Positions 40,882 through 55,814 of a stretch of DNA of 64,000 nucleotides are shown here, one piece after another. Source of the DNA: Eledone cirrhosa. Taxonomy: Eukaryota. Where the stretch lies: the NCBI GenBank assembly GCA_964016885.1, contig OZ024744.1, positions 111,476,001 through 111,540,000 on the forward strand, read 5' to 3'. How positions within the stretch are numbered: position 1 is the stretch's first letter; every line of letters starts with the position of its first letter. Below the pieces are notes generated by a model. That model was given only the letters and a program-made list of their open reading frames with translations. It had not been told where the DNA came from and made no database searches. The position numbers were made by a program, and so were the translations under genes.

Positions 40882-41371
40882 TAAAACATGGTGGTTTTTT
40901 TTTTTTTTATTAAATATGGATTTGAAAACAAAATATAAGAAATATGAAAGTGAGGTTGAGGAAACAACGGGCGAAACAGAAGAAGAGAAAAAGAATATAT
41001 ATATATATATATATATATAAAAACAATAAATATATAAACATACACACACACAACGACGCGCATATACTTAAAAAGTACGTAGACGTATACTTTATCACAT
41101 AAGCGTATATGTAACTACAGACATTGACAAAATACATACACAGACATATACATGAAGTAATAAGAATAAATAAATAAATGAATAAGAACAAAAAATACAT
41201 AGTCAAAAATAAAAAACAAAGGATACGTGTTGACAACGATAAGTGAGAGGAGGAGGGGGGGGAGAATAAAACAATTACAAATAAACAAATACACGAGGTG
41301 TGCATATAACTAAATATATATATAAAATATACGTTATTAATAAATGGAAACTATATTTATAAAACCATATT

Positions 41372-41436
41372 TATTTCATTATACATATTTCAAGGATACC
41401 ATGTTAAAATATAGTATGCCTTCATCAGACAAAATA
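41372..41436 (-). ncRNA. Hammerhead ribozyme (family B)
   Basis: TATTTTGT-CTGATGA-AGG..CCTT-GAAAT-ATGT-ATA-ATGAAATA. Confidence 0.8.
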
Positions 41437-41716
41437 CAATATATACCTGTTTTATAAATAAACATTGACGTACCCTTTCAAAATGCGACCGTTACTTTTG
41501 GAAGACATCAGGATATAAAATATATATATATACATATATATATTGGTAAACGGAATAGAAAATGCTGACAAATTGTTCACAGTTGAAAAATGGTTTAATA
41601 TATGTATATATATATATATATGTATACACACATACATACATACACACGCACACACACAAAAAAACATGCACAAATACTCATACACACGTATAAAAACACA
41701 TACACAAATGTATGTG

Positions 41717-41790
<74 letters not shown>

Positions 41791-42057
41791 AAAATACAAA
41801 CGTATACACATGCGCGCGCGCACTCGCACGTAATAAGAAATCAACACACACATACAAAACCATACGTAACACTATACAGACAAAAACAAAAGCACATATA
41901 CAACCGCATACACACAACTATATACGTAAACAAATACATAGAACCATATATAAGTATAATATAAACATAAATAAACTCACACACATAAATATATATACAT
42001 ACAAACACACACACACACATATATATATATATACACATATATACAAATACATACACA

Positions 42058-42113
<56 letters not shown>

Positions 42114-42132
42114 CATATATATATATACATAC

Positions 42133-42233
<101 letters not shown>

Positions 42234-42471
42234 GAATAATCGAGTATCGAAAAATCGGCGCACGAGTTCACGATAAACAAAATTCGAGATGAGCGGCAGA
42301 GGGCTCCATAATTCAAATAAATCAGAGCTATAACTATAACTATCGTTAAAATACCGTCACACGTAGAATATGTCTACAGTCAACCAAATAACCGAAAATT
42401 TTCGATATGGAAGATTCGGGACACTCAGATAAATTATCAATATATATATATATCTATATATATATATATAT

Positions 42472-42624
<153 letters not shown>

Positions 42625-42756
42625 TAAACGGAATAGAAAATGCTGACAAATTGTTTTATTCCTAATTAAACCATTTTTCAACTGTGAACAATTTGTCAGC
42701 ATTTTCTATTCCGTTTACCAATATATAATAACTTGTGTGTTACACCTCTATTCTTT

Positions 42757-42791
<35 letters not shown>

Positions 42792-42904
42792 GTATGTGTG
42801 CGTGTATGTATATATATATATATATATATATTTATTTATATATATATATATATATAAATATATATATACACACACACATACATACGTACATATACATACA
42901 CACT

Positions 42905-42983
<79 letters not shown>

Positions 42984-43015
42984 AGATCAAAAGATGGTTA
43001 AAAGAGTTCCAAGTA

Positions 43016-43082
43016 TTTTATTATGCGCATTTCAAAAACAAATATCATCATGGGATGATATATGCGTTCTCATCAGATAAAA
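43016..43082 (-). ncRNA. Hammerhead ribozyme (family C)
   Basis: TTTTAT-CTGATGA...GAAATGCGCATA-ATAAAA; in sense with the PLE. Confidence 0.85.
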
Positions 43083-43538
43083 TAGGGAGACATGATATGA
43101 AGCTTAAAAACACATGTGAATAGTGAAGTTTTAAATCAACATATGAAAAATAATTTAAGATTGATGTATGAGATTGGGAAAAAAAGTGAGGGGTGCGGTG
43201 AGGTGGAAAAGGTAAGGAAGAGGACGAGATGAGAGTAAAGAATGGTGGGGGAGGAGTATAAGAAGGAAGAATGAGAGAGGAGGAGAGATGGGTGATAGAG
43301 AGAGAGAGAGAGAGAGCCTTTACAACTGAGAAAAAATATATATTGTCTCACAGAGAGAAATTAAAAAGCCGTTGGAAGATAATAGATAATTTAAAAGATT
43401 TTGAAATTAAAAGTTAATGAGGTTTATGCATGAAGAAAAGGGGATTAAGAATAGTATTAAATTAAGGTTTGTATATTGAAGGGTTTAATAATATGTGCGA
43501 GGAAAAGAATTTATTAATATGTATTATTAATATTAAAA

Positions 43539-43725
43539 GGGCGGTGAATTGGCAGTATCGGTAGAGGGTCGGACACCATGCTTTGACGCATAGAGTTACG
43601 GCCCTTGCCATTCTGAGTTCAAATCCCGCCGAGGTTAACTTTGCCTTTCATCCTTACGGGGTCGATAAAATAAAGTACCAGTAATGTACTGGGTAATTGC
43701 TGGCCTTGTGCCAAATGTAGAAACA
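43539..43725 (+). mobile_element. tRNA-derived SINE (same family as 20112)
   Basis: A/B boxes, same core; 16-bp TSD ATTATTAATATTAAAA. Confidence 0.9.
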
Positions 43726-43940
43726 ATTATTAATATTAAAATATTAATGTTATTAAGGATATAATGTGAAAAGAAGGAGAAGAGTGAATGAGTTATGAAT
43801 TTAGAGGAATTAGTTAGGGTTTAAGTTTGTTTTTATGTAATGTAATTTGTGTACGTAAATAGTTTGTTTAAAAATGAGCGGTGTTATTTGCATTGCTTTA
43901 TTGTGCTAAAATAAAACTCACCTCCTACAATATATATATA

Positions 43941-43980
<40 letters not shown>

Positions 43981-45786
43981 CACGCACACATACACACATA
44001 CACACATACACACACACGTACAAATAAATAATCAAAATACTATAAATGTATGTACACATGAGCCTGTCTGCAAATGCGCCCGCACACGGCCCTATGTGTG
44101 AACATAAAAACCTAGTGATTAAGTAAGGACAAAAAGGGGAGTAAAATTGGAATAATAAACGCAATTATTAAGAATAGGTAAGGGAAAAGAGTGTTGTAAA
44201 AAGGTTTGCGATGAGATCTAGATAAGAGTATCTGATAAAGAGTGAACTGAGTAAAGGATAAAGATGGTGGGTGCGTATGTGTAAAGGGTAAGGTAGAAAG
44301 TAGGGGGGATTATTAGTCAATTGAAAAAAATTTAAATAATAGGAAAAAAATAATAAATATAAAGAGATATAGAAGGAGATGAGAGAGAAAAAGTATATAT
44401 GGGTAACAAGTATGAGTTCATAGGGTAATAATATTCGTGATGAGTGGAAGGCGTAATGAGTAAAGAAGAAGCTCAAGGTAGTTGAGTCATCGTAGGAATG
44501 TCAATCCACTTAAAAAGTAGATGCGATTTCAGATGTGGACAACATCTGAGGATCTCGGTCTTGGAGTTGAGGCAAGTGGAAGGGGCTTTCAAGTTTTGGA
44601 GAATTCTAAATTTTTCCGTGGTGCACAAAGAACATTTCTTTGCCCTCCTTTGGTATTCTCTTGAATGGTCTAAAATAGACCAATCAATAGTGTACGGAAT
44701 GTTTTTGTCTTTGAATTTCCACACTTTATTTGCAATCGCCGTTGCTGTTCTTTTTTCAGGGTGTTTAAAAGAAGCGACATGTGCATAATACCTGGTTTTG
44801 AATCTGTCCTGAGTCATGCCAACATATCGTTCACTCCTGGCTGGCTGGTTATTAATCATCGGTGTCAATTTGGCCTCATAGACAATGGATTTGGTATTAC
44901 ATTTACCCTGTAATGAGCATTCTTCCGGCTTCCTGCAACTGCATCCTGGATTTACTCTCGTACGATTAGAGTTGGTAATTTTAGTTTTCATTGATGGACA
45001 ACAAGAGTAACTGATTTTGACTACATTTCTATTAAATATCTTATATCTATGATTAGGGTAAAAATGTTTGTCTAGGAGGCCGAGGAATTCCCTTCCTACA
45101 TTAGTTTTGACAGTTAGAGAGAAGGGGGGTGTAAATCAAATAATTTTTCTTTTCCTGTTATTGTGTTTAGTGTTAGAGGGAGGAGTAGGTAAATATTTAA
45201 TATGTTCGGTGAAGCCGCTGTTATTGATGGCCTTATTATAATAAAATTATAATAATATGTTAAAAATGTCTAGAAACGAAGATAAGGTAGAAATCCTACG
45301 GCTAATGTTAGGAAAAAGATATTTAAAGACTATAGGGGGATGGCAAGACGCTTTGTGTATATATCTTAAATTCTCGTTAGGTTTATGATAAGGTTTAATT
45401 TCTAAATTAGAAGAAGACCTTATCTTTCATGCTAGGAAAACACTACTCTTTGCTAATGAAAGTATTTGGGTTAAAAAGTCAAGCCCTGAAACTGTTTTGA
45501 TGTTGCGATGGGCTCATACGATAGTGCTGATGTGTGCGACTTAGTAGGATTATTCCTTCTCCACACCCTTAAAGAGAAATTTCCTTCCCATAATATCGGT
45601 TTGTACCGTGACGACGGTTTGGCAGTTTCTCATACCACCAACGGTCATAACCTTGATAAATTCCGTAAAGACTTAATCAATACTTTTGCTAATCTTAACC
45701 TTAAAATCACTATAGATACGAACCTTACTAATGCTAACTTTCTTGATATTAATCTTGATCTACTTACTGCCTCTTTTAAACCTTAT

Positions 45787-46955
45787 ACACACCTATACAG
45801 AGGCTACAGACACCTATACAGGGACTAAACACACACACACACCTATACAGGGACTACATACACACATACACACACACCTATACAGAGACCACACACACAC
45901 ACCTATACAGAGACCGCACACACACACACCTATGCAGGGACCACACACACCTATACAGGGACTACACACACATACACACCTATACAGGGACTACACACAC
46001 ACATACACACACCTATACAGAGACCACACACACACACCTATACAGGGACCACACACACCTATACAGGGACTACACACACACATAAACACACACCTATACA
46101 GAGACCACACACACACACACACACACCAATACAGATACCACACACACACACCTATACAGCGACCACACACACCTATACAGGGACTACATACACATACACA
46201 CACCTATGCAGAGACCACACACACCTATACAGGCACTACACACACACACACCTATACAGGGACTACACACACACACACCTATACAGGGACTACACACACA
46301 TACACACACCTATAGAGGGACTACACACACACACCTATACAGGCACTACACACACACACACCTATACAGGCACTACACACACACACACACCTATACAGAG
46401 ACTACACACACACACACACACACACCTATACAGAGACTACACACACATACACACACACCTATACAGAGACTACACACACACACACACCTATACAGAGACT
46501 ACACACACACACACACACACACACACCTATACAGAGACTACACACACACACACACACACCTATACAGAGACTACACACACACACACACCTATACAGAGAC
46601 TACACACACGCACACACACACCTATACAGAGACTACACACACACACACACCTATACAGAGACTACACACACGCACACACACACCTATACAGAGACTACAC
46701 ACACACACACACCTATACAGAGACTACACACACACACACACACACACCTATACAGAGACTACACACACACACACCTATACAGAGACTACACACACACACA
46801 CACCTATACAGAGACTACACACACACACACCTATACAGGGACTACACACACACACACACACACCTATACAGAGACTACACACACACACACACACACACAC
46901 ACCTATACAGAGACTACACACACACCTATATAGAGACTACACACACACACACACA
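45787..46955 (+). repeat. Minisatellite CCTATACAGRGACTA + variable (CA)n
   Basis: Direct inspection; units of ~22-40 bp. Confidence 0.92.
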
Positions 46956-47194
46956 TCTTCCCTTCCGCCATCCCCGCTCGGACTCCAATTTTCTTGCTCC
47001 TCCCCCCTCTCTCTCCCCCTCCAGCCACCCCCTAAGCATCACAACACCCTTGTCTTCCCGGACCACCCACACACCCCTCTCATTTATTAATATTCTCTTT
47101 AATTCTGTTTGTATTTATTTTACTTTCTATTTTTCCGTCCTTTCATGTTTTTCTTCGGAGTTCCCTCCCCTTCTCTCCACTCTCCTGATGACGG

Positions 47195-48808
47195 ACTTCG
47201 TGGAGAAAGGACAGTTGGAAAAAAACGGTTTAAGTTATGATGTTTATTTTTCAACATATGCTCCATCTAGCTCAATACACTTCTGCAAGCATTGATACCG
47301 ATCTTTAAGTCTGTGTAAAACTGAGGGCCATGTGATTTAAACCATATCAAAGCAGATGCGATTTCAGATGTGGACAACATCTGAGGATCTCGGTCTTGGA
47401 GTTGAGGCAAGTGGAAGGGGCTTTCAAGTTTTGGAGAATTCTAAATTTTTCCGTGGTGCACAAAGAACATTTCTTTGTGCAAAGAACATTTCTTTGTGCC
47501 CCTTTAGTATTCTCTTGAATGGTCTAAAATAGACCAATCAATAGTGTACGGAATGTTTTTGTCTTTAAACTCCCACACTTTATTTGCAATCGCCGTTGCT
47601 GTTCTTTTTTCAGGGTGTTTAAAAGAAGCGACATGCGCATAATACCTGGTTTTGAATCTGTCCTGAGTCATGCCAACATATCGTTCACTCCTGGCTGGCT
47701 GGTTATTAATATCAAAGCAGCTTTTTTTTTTTGTATATCTTCAACTGATGGTAAAATGGGTACCTTTTATGATGTTTTCAGGTTTGGGAACAAAAAGAAG
47801 TCGGATGAGGCTAAATTGGGACTGTAAGGTGGGTGTCGGATGATTTCCCATCGAAATTCACGTAACATAGCTTGTGTCTACCGAGCGCCATGACTGACTG
47901 TATTGCCGTGGTAGAAGAGGACGCGCTGATGCAGCTTCCTCGGGCGTTTTCCGCGATTTTCTTGGCCAGTTTTCTCAAAATGCCTTCATCATATGAAGTT
48001 GTAATCGTTCTCTTCTTCTCAAGGAAGTCAACCCACAAAATCCCCTCTGCATCCCAGAAGACAGTGGCTATAACCTTCACTCTTGAACGCTCCAATTTTG
48101 CCTTGACTGGCCCACTTTCACTTCTGGGCTGCCATTGCTTCGATTGAGTCTTGTCCTCGTGATCCACATTTCATCCCTGGTAACAATTCTCTGCAGAAAA
48201 ACTTCAGAGTCTTCATCCCACTTGTTCAAAATTTCCATCGAAAGATCTGCCCTTGTTTGCTGCTGATCTGAACGCAACAGCTTTGGCAGCCATCAAACGG
48301 AAAGCTTGCTCAGCCCCAAACTCTCCATCAGAGACACATGGAGAAGTTGAGTGTGTCAGCTACTGATTCAGTGGTCATTCAACTCTGCTTGTCAATTAGG
48401 TCGTGAACAGTATCAATGTTTTCCCCACAGACTGACGTGGATGGCTTGCCACTGTGGGGATCATCTTTAACTTCATCTCTTCCACTTCTAAAACGACTTA
48501 TCCATTTACAGGTTATTGATTTCTTTGGGGGCATTGTTCCTAAAAACTTGCTTGAGAGCATCAATGATTTGGCTGCTTTTCCACCCTATGAATTTGATGT
48601 TTGTCCGGGCTTCAATTTAGATGGAGGACATGTTGCTCGAGTGGGTGCTGACTTCTGATTGATGGTGTCACATTGCAACATACATTTAAGAGTTCATCTT
48701 AGAATGTTATGACACGTTAGTACTAGAACAGCTGCATTGAGATACAAATCCCTGCTTATCATTTTTAGCTATGTACTTTTTCAACAAACTTTTTGAAGCC
48801 TCCTCGTA
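47195..48808 (-). mobile_element. Decayed mariner (Tc1/mariner) transposon
   Basis: TIR TA|CGAGGAGGCTTCAAAAAGTT at the right end; transposase pieces WISRFRSGR..DDPHSGKP, LQRIVTRDEMW, KVIATVFWDAEG, KCIELDGAYVEK; left TIR eroded. Confidence 0.88.
47356..47708 (-). mobile_element. Internal PLE GIY-YIG fragment inserted in the mariner
   Basis: Near copy of ~44519-44855; flanked by ATATCAAAGCAG at 47344 and 47709. Confidence 0.88.
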
Positions 48809-49004
48809 TATATATGTGTGTGGTGTGTGTGGGGGGGGGGGGGCGTGTGTGTGCGTGTGTATTAATAACAAAGCAAGCGTTTGTTTTGAAGACGGGGAGC
48901 AGAGTTTGAATATTAGAAAATAGAAGCTTCCGATGTATTTTAACAAAATAAAGTTAGCCTATGATAGTGGGGTTTAAAATCCTCAAAAATCCACCACAAC
49001 TGTC

Positions 49005-49926
49005 ACATCATCACCATACCCCTCCACCATCACCATACTCCACCACCATCACCACCACCACCCCACCACCACACCACCATCATCATCACCATACCCCTCC
49101 ACCATCACCATACTCCACCACCATCACCACCACCACCATCACCCCACCACCACACCACCATCATCATCACCATACCCCACCACCATCACCATACTCCACC
49201 ACCATCACCACCACCACCATCACCCCCACCACCACACCACCATCATCACCATACACCACCACCATCAGCTCCACCACCAACACATCACCACAACCATCAC
49301 CACCGCCACCGCCAACACCACCATCACTATCACCCCACCACCACCACCACCATCACCATCACCACCACCACCCCCAGCACCACCACCACCACCACCACCA
49401 CCACCACCACCACCACCACCATCACCACCACCACCACCACCACCACCATCACCATCACCACCACCACCACCACCACCACGACCACCACCACCACCACCAA
49501 CACCACCATCACCACCACCACCACCACCACCACCACCACCATGACCATCACCACCACCACCACCACCACCATCACCATCACCACCACCACCCCCAGCATC
49601 ACCACCACCACCACCACCACCACCACCACCACCATCACCACCCCCAGCATCACCACCACCACCACCACCACCACCACCACCACCACCACCACCACCACCA
49701 CCACCACCATGACCACCACCACCACCACCACCATCACCATCACCACCACCACCCCCAGCATCATCATCACCACCACCATCATCACCACCACCGCCACCAC
49801 CACCACCGCCACCACCGCCACCACCACCACCACCACCACCACCACCACCACCACCACCACCACCACCACCACCATCACCATCACCACCACCACCACCACC
49901 ACCACCACCACCACCACCACCATCAT
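49005..49926. repeat. (CAC)n microsatellite
   Basis: Direct inspection. Confidence 0.95.
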
Positions 49927-50098
49927 AAAGAACATATATATCAGAAAAGATTTTAACAGAAAATTTACTCAGGGAGTTCTCTGAATGTGGATGCAATAGT
50001 ATTCGCAAACCTAGTTCTGCTCCCTTATCCAACACTCTCCATTTTATCCTGGACCTGCCAGCTTTAGGGGTTTCTTTGGCTTTATGTTTGGTGTACTC

Positions 50099-53000
50099 GA
50101 TAGGTTTGATGGGGATAGGTTTGATGGGGATAGGTTTGATGCGGATAGGTTTGATGGGGATAGGTTTGATGGGGATAGGTTTGATGGGGATAGGTTTGAT
50201 GCCGATAGGTTTGACGTGGATAGGTTTGATGGGGATAGGTTTGATGGGGATAGGTTTGATGCGATTAGGTTTGATGCGGATAGGTTTGATGCGGATAGGT
50301 TTGATGCCGATAGGTTTGATGCCGATAGGTTTGATGGCGATAGGTTTGATGGGATAGGTTTGATGGGGATAGGTTTGATGGGGACAGGTTTGATGGGGAC
50401 AGGTTTGATGCCGATAGGTTTGATGGGGATAGGTTTGATGGGGATATGTTTGACGTGGATAGGTTTGATGGGGATAGGTTTGATGGGGATAGGTTTGATG
50501 GGGATAGGTTTGATGGGGATAGGTTTGATGGGGATAGGTTTGATGGGGATAGGTTTGATGGGGATAGGTTTGATGGGGATAGGTTTGATGGGGATAGGTT
50601 TGATGGGGATAGGTTTGATGGGGATAGGTTTGATGGGGATAGGTTTGATGGGGATAGGTTTGATGGGGATAGGTTTGATGGGGATAGGTTTGATGGGGAT
50701 AGGTTTGATGCGATTAGGTTTGATGCGGATAGGTTTGATGCGGATAGGTTTGATGCCGATAGGTTTGATGGGGATAGGTTTGATGGGGATAGGTTTGATG
50801 CCGATAGGTTTGATGGGGATAGGTTTGATGGGGATAGGTTTGATGCCGATAGGTTTGATGCCGATAGGTTTGATGGGGATAGGTTTGATGGGGATAGGTT
50901 TGATGCCGATAGGTTTGATGGCGATAGGTTTGATGGGATAGGTTTGATGGGGATAGGTTTGATGGGGACAGGTTTGATGGGGACAGGTTTGATGCCGATA
51001 GGTTTGATGGGGATAGGTTTGATGGGGATATGTTTGACGTGGATAGGTTTGATGGGGATAGGTTTGATGGGGATAGGTTTGATGGGGATAGGTTTGATGG
51101 GGATAGGTTTGATGGGGATAGGTTTGATGGGGATAGGTTTGATGGGGATAGGTTTGATGGGGATAGGTTTGATGGGGATAGGTTTGATGGGGATAGGTTT
51201 GATGGGGATAGGTTTGATGGGGATAGGTTTGATGGGGATAGGTTTGATGGGGATAGGTTTGATGGGGATAGGTTTGATGGGGATAGGTTTGATGGGGATA
51301 GGTTTGATGGGGATAGGTTTGATGGGGATAGGTTTGATGGGGATAGGTTTGATGGGGATAGGTTTGATGGGGATAGGTTTGATGCCGATAGGTTTGATGC
51401 CGATAGGTTTGATGGGGATAGGTTTGATGGGGATAGGTTTGATGCCGATAGGTTTGATGGGGATAGGTTTGATGGGGATAGGTTTGATGCCGATAGGTTT
51501 GATGCCGATAGGTTTGATGGGGATAGGTTTGATGGGGATAGGTTTGACGTGGATAGGTTTGATGGGGATAGGTTTGATGGGGATAGGTTTGATGGGGATA
51601 GGTTTGATGGGGATAGGTTTGATGGGGATAGGTTTGATGCCGATAGGTTTGATGGGGATAGGTTTGATGGGGATAGGTTTGATGGGGATAGGTTTGATGG
51701 GGATAGGTTTGATGCCGATAGGTTTGATGGGGATAGGTTTGATGGGGATAGGTTTGATGGGGATAGGTTTGATGGGGATAGGTTTGATGGGGATATGTTT
51801 GACGTGGATAGGTTTGATGCCGATAGGTTTGATGGGGATAGGTTTGATGGGGATAGGTTTGATGGGGATAGGTTTGATGGGGATAGGTTTGATGGGGATA
51901 GGTTTGATGGGGATAGGTTTGATGGGGATAGGTTTGATGGGGATAGGTTTGATGGGGATAGGTTTGATGGGGATAGGTTTGATGGGGATAGGTTTGATGG
52001 GGATAGGTTTGATGGGGATAGGTTTGATGGGGATAGGTTTGATGGGGATAGGTTTGATGGGGATAGGTTTGATGGGGATAGGTTTGATGCCGATAGGTTT
52101 GATGCCGATAGGTTTGATGGGGATAGGTTTGATGGGGATAGGTTTGATGGGGATAGGTTTGATGGGGATAGGTTTGATGGGGATAGGTTTGATGGGGATA
52201 GGTTTGATGGGGATAGGTTTGATGGGGATAGGTTTGATGCCGATAGGTTTGATGGGGATAGGTTTGATGGGGATATGTTTGATGCCGATAGGTTTGATGG
52301 GGATAGGTTTGATGGGGATAGGTTTGATGCCGATAGGTTTGATGGGGATAGGTTTGATGGGGATAGGTTTGATGGGGATAGGTTTGATGGGGATAGGTTT
52401 GATGCCGATAGGTTTGATGCCGATAGGTTTGATGGGGATAGGTTTGATGGGGATAGGTTTGATGGGGATAGGTTTGATGCCGATAGGTTTGATGCCGATA
52501 GGTTTGATGGGGATAGGTTTGATGGGGATAGGTTTGATGGGGATAGGTTTGATGCCGATAGGTTTGATGCCGATAGGTTTGATGGGGATAGGTTTGATGG
52601 GGATAGGTTTGATGGGGATAGGTTTGATGGGGATAGGTTTGATGGGGATAGGTTTGATGGGGATAGGTTTGATGCCGATAGGTTTGATGGGGATAGGTTT
52701 GATGGGGATAGGTTTGATGGGGATAGGTTTGATGCCGATAGGTTTGATGGCGATAGGTTTGATGGGATAGGTTTGATGGGGATAGGTTTGATGGGGATAG
52801 GTTTGATGGGGATAGGTTTGATGGGGATAGGTTTGATGCCGATAGGTTTGATGGCGATAGGTTTGATGGGATAGGTTTGATGGGGATAGGTTTGATGGGG
52901 ATAGGTTTGATGGGGATAGGTTTGATGCCGATAGGTTTGATGGGGATAGGTTTGATGGGGATAGGTTTGACGTGGATAGGTTTGATGGGGATAGGTTTGA

Positions 53001-55503
53001 TGGGGATAGGTTTGATGGGGATAGGTTTGATGGGGATAGGTTTGATGGGGATAGGTTTGATGCCGATAGGTTTGATGGGGATAGGTTTGATGGGGATAGG
53101 TTTGATGGGGATAGGTTTGATGGGGATAGGTTTGACGTGGATAGGTTTGATGGGGATAGGTTTGATGGGGATAGGTTTGATGGGGATAGGTTTGATGGGG
53201 ATAGGTTTGATGGGGATAGGTTTGATGGGGATAGGTTTGATGGGGATAGGTTTGATGCCGATAGGTTTGATGGGGATAGGTTTGATGGGGATAGGTTTGA
53301 TGGGGATAGGTTTGATGGGGATAGGTTTGATGGGGATAGGTTTGATGGGGATATGTTTGACGTGGATAGGTTTGATGGGGATAGGTTTGATGGGGATATG
53401 TTTGATGGGGATATGTTTGATGGGGATAGGTTTGATGGGGATAGGTTTGATGGGGATAGGTTTGATGGGGATAGGTTTGATGGGGATAGGTTTGATGGGG
53501 ATAGGTTTGATGGGGATATGTTTGACGTGGATAGGTTTGATGGGGATAGGTTTGATGGGGATAGGTTTGATGGGGATAGGTTTGATGGGGATAGGTTTGA
53601 TGGGGATATGTTTGACGTGGATAGGTTTGATGGGGATAGGTTTGATGGGGATAGGTTTGATGGGGATATGTTTGACGTGGATAGGTTTGATGGGGATAGG
53701 TTTGATGGGGATAGGTTTGATGGGGATAGGTTTGATGGGGATAGGTTTGATGGGGATATGTTTGACGTGGATAGGTTTGATGGGGATAGGTTTGATGGGG
53801 ATAGGTTTGATGGGGATAGGTTTGATGGGGATAGGTTTGATGGGGATATGTTTGACGTGGATAGGTTTGATGGGGATAGGTTTGATGGGGATAGGTTTGA
53901 TGGGGATAGGTTTGATGGGGATAGGTTTGATGGGGATAGGTTTGATGGGGATATGTTTGATGGGGATATGTTTGACGTGGATAGGTTTGATGGGGATAGG
54001 TTTGATGGGGATAGGTTTGATGGGGATAGGTTTGATGGGGATAGGTTTGATGGGGATATGTTTGACGTGGATAGGTTTGATGGGGATAGGTTTGATGGGG
54101 ATAGGTTTGATGGGGATAGGTTTGATGGGGATAGGTTTGATGGGGATATGTTTGACGTGGATAGGTTTGATGGGGATAGGTTTGATGGGGATAGGTTTGA
54201 TGGGGATAGGTTTGATGGGGATATGTTTGACGTGGATAGGTTTGATGGGGATATGTTTGATGCCGATAGGTTTGATGGGGATAGGTTTGATGGGGATAGG
54301 TTTGATGGGGATAGGTTTGATGGGGATAGGTTTGATGGGGATAGGTTTGATGGGGATAGGTTTGATGGGGATAGGTTTGATGGGGATAGGTTTGATGGGG
54401 ATAGGTTTGATGGGGATATGTTTGACGTGGATAGGTTTGATGGGGATAGGTTTGATGGGGATAGGTTTGATGGGGATAGGTTTGATGGGGATAGGTTTGA
54501 TGGGGATATGTTTGACGTGGATAGGTTTGATGGGGATATGTTTGATGCCGATAGGTTTGATGGGGATAGGTTTGATGGGGATAGGTTTGATGGGGATAGG
54601 TTTGATGGGGATAGGTTTGATGGGGATAGGTTTGATGGGGATAGGTTTGATGGGGATAGGTTTGATGGGGATAGGTTTGATGGGGATATGTTTGATGCCG
54701 ATAGGTTTGATGGGGATAGGTTTGATGGGGATAGGTTTGATGGGGATATGTTTGATGCCGATAGGTTTGATGGGGATAGGTTTGATGGGGATAGGTTTGA
54801 TGGGGATAGGTTTGATGGGGATAGGTTTGATGGGGATAGGTTTGATGGGGATAGGTTTGATGGGGATAGGTTTGATGGGGATAGGTTTGATGGGGATATG
54901 TTTGATGCCGATAGGTTTGATGGGGATAGGTTTGATGGGGATAGGTTTGATGGGGATATGTTTGATGCCGATAGGTTTGATGGGGATAGGTTTGATGGGG
55001 ATAGGTTTGATGGGGATATGTTTGACGTGGATAGGTTTGATGGGGATATGTTTGATGGGGATATGTTTGATGCCGATAGGTTTGATGGGGATAGGTTTGA
55101 TGGGGATAGGTTTGATGGGGATATGTTTGACGTGGATAGGTTTGATGGGGATAGGTTTGATGGGGATAGGTTTGATGGGGATAGGTTTGATGGGGATAGG
55201 TTTGATGGGGATAGGTTTGATGGGGATAGGTTTGATGGGGATAGGTTTGATGGGGATAGGTTTGATGGGGATATGTTTGACGTGGATAGGTTTGATGGGG
55301 ATAGGTTTGATGGGGATATGTTTGATGGGGATAGGTTTGATGGGGATAGGTTTGATGGGGATAGGTTTGACGTGGATAGGTTTGATGGGGATAGGTTTGC
55401 TGTTAGGTTTGATGGGGATAGGTTTGACGTGGATAGGTTTGATGGGGATAGGTTTGCTGTTGATAGGTTTGATGGGGATAGGTTTGACGTGGATAGGTTT
55501 GAT
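50099..55503 (+). repeat. 15-bp minisatellite (GATAGGTTTGATGGG) x ~360
   Basis: Direct inspection; variants GATGCC, GACGTG, ATATG and four 14-bp units. Confidence 0.97.
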
Positions 55504-55814
55504 ACATAGAGAAAGTGAATCAATCAAGTTTCTCTTACATTTCCATGTTAGCATGATTTAGGTGAAGAAGTCAGGAGTATATTGGCAGGTGAGGACCTGA
55601 GAGTTGTTCCATTTCTCTGCCTCTTCGGGTTTAGGGGGAAGAAGGAAATGAGGGACATGCTGACTGGGAGTTGAGAAATATACTGCCAGACAGGCGGGAC
55701 TTGAGTGTTGTACCATCTTCTGCTTCTTCAGGTTTAGGGTGGAGGGAGGTAGGTGGGTTTTCCACCCTTCTGTTACAGTCATTCCACTTGCAAGAAAAGG
55801 AGAGTTCCCTGTAT

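Larger units (their letters stand above)
42977..45786 (-). mobile_element. 5'-truncated PLE with inverted 5' segment (45399-45786 on plus) and 3' tail ending in a family C hammerhead
   Basis: GIY-YIG ORF 44473-44991 (CSCR..CSLQGKC, IVYE..RYVG, CSLC..LNSKTEILRCCPH); RT piece MGSYDSADVCD...YRDDG on the opposite strand; both pieces meet the inversion at the KPY codons. Confidence 0.88.

Noticed and set aside
45787-46955. Repeat-spacer pattern resembling a CRISPR array
   Set aside because: Spacers are only (CA)n of variable length; eukaryotic context; no cas genes.
50044-55554. 1836-aa and 1752-aa repeat proteins
   Set aside because: The 15-bp unit lacks stops by chance; 14-bp units shift frame freely, which argues against coding selection.
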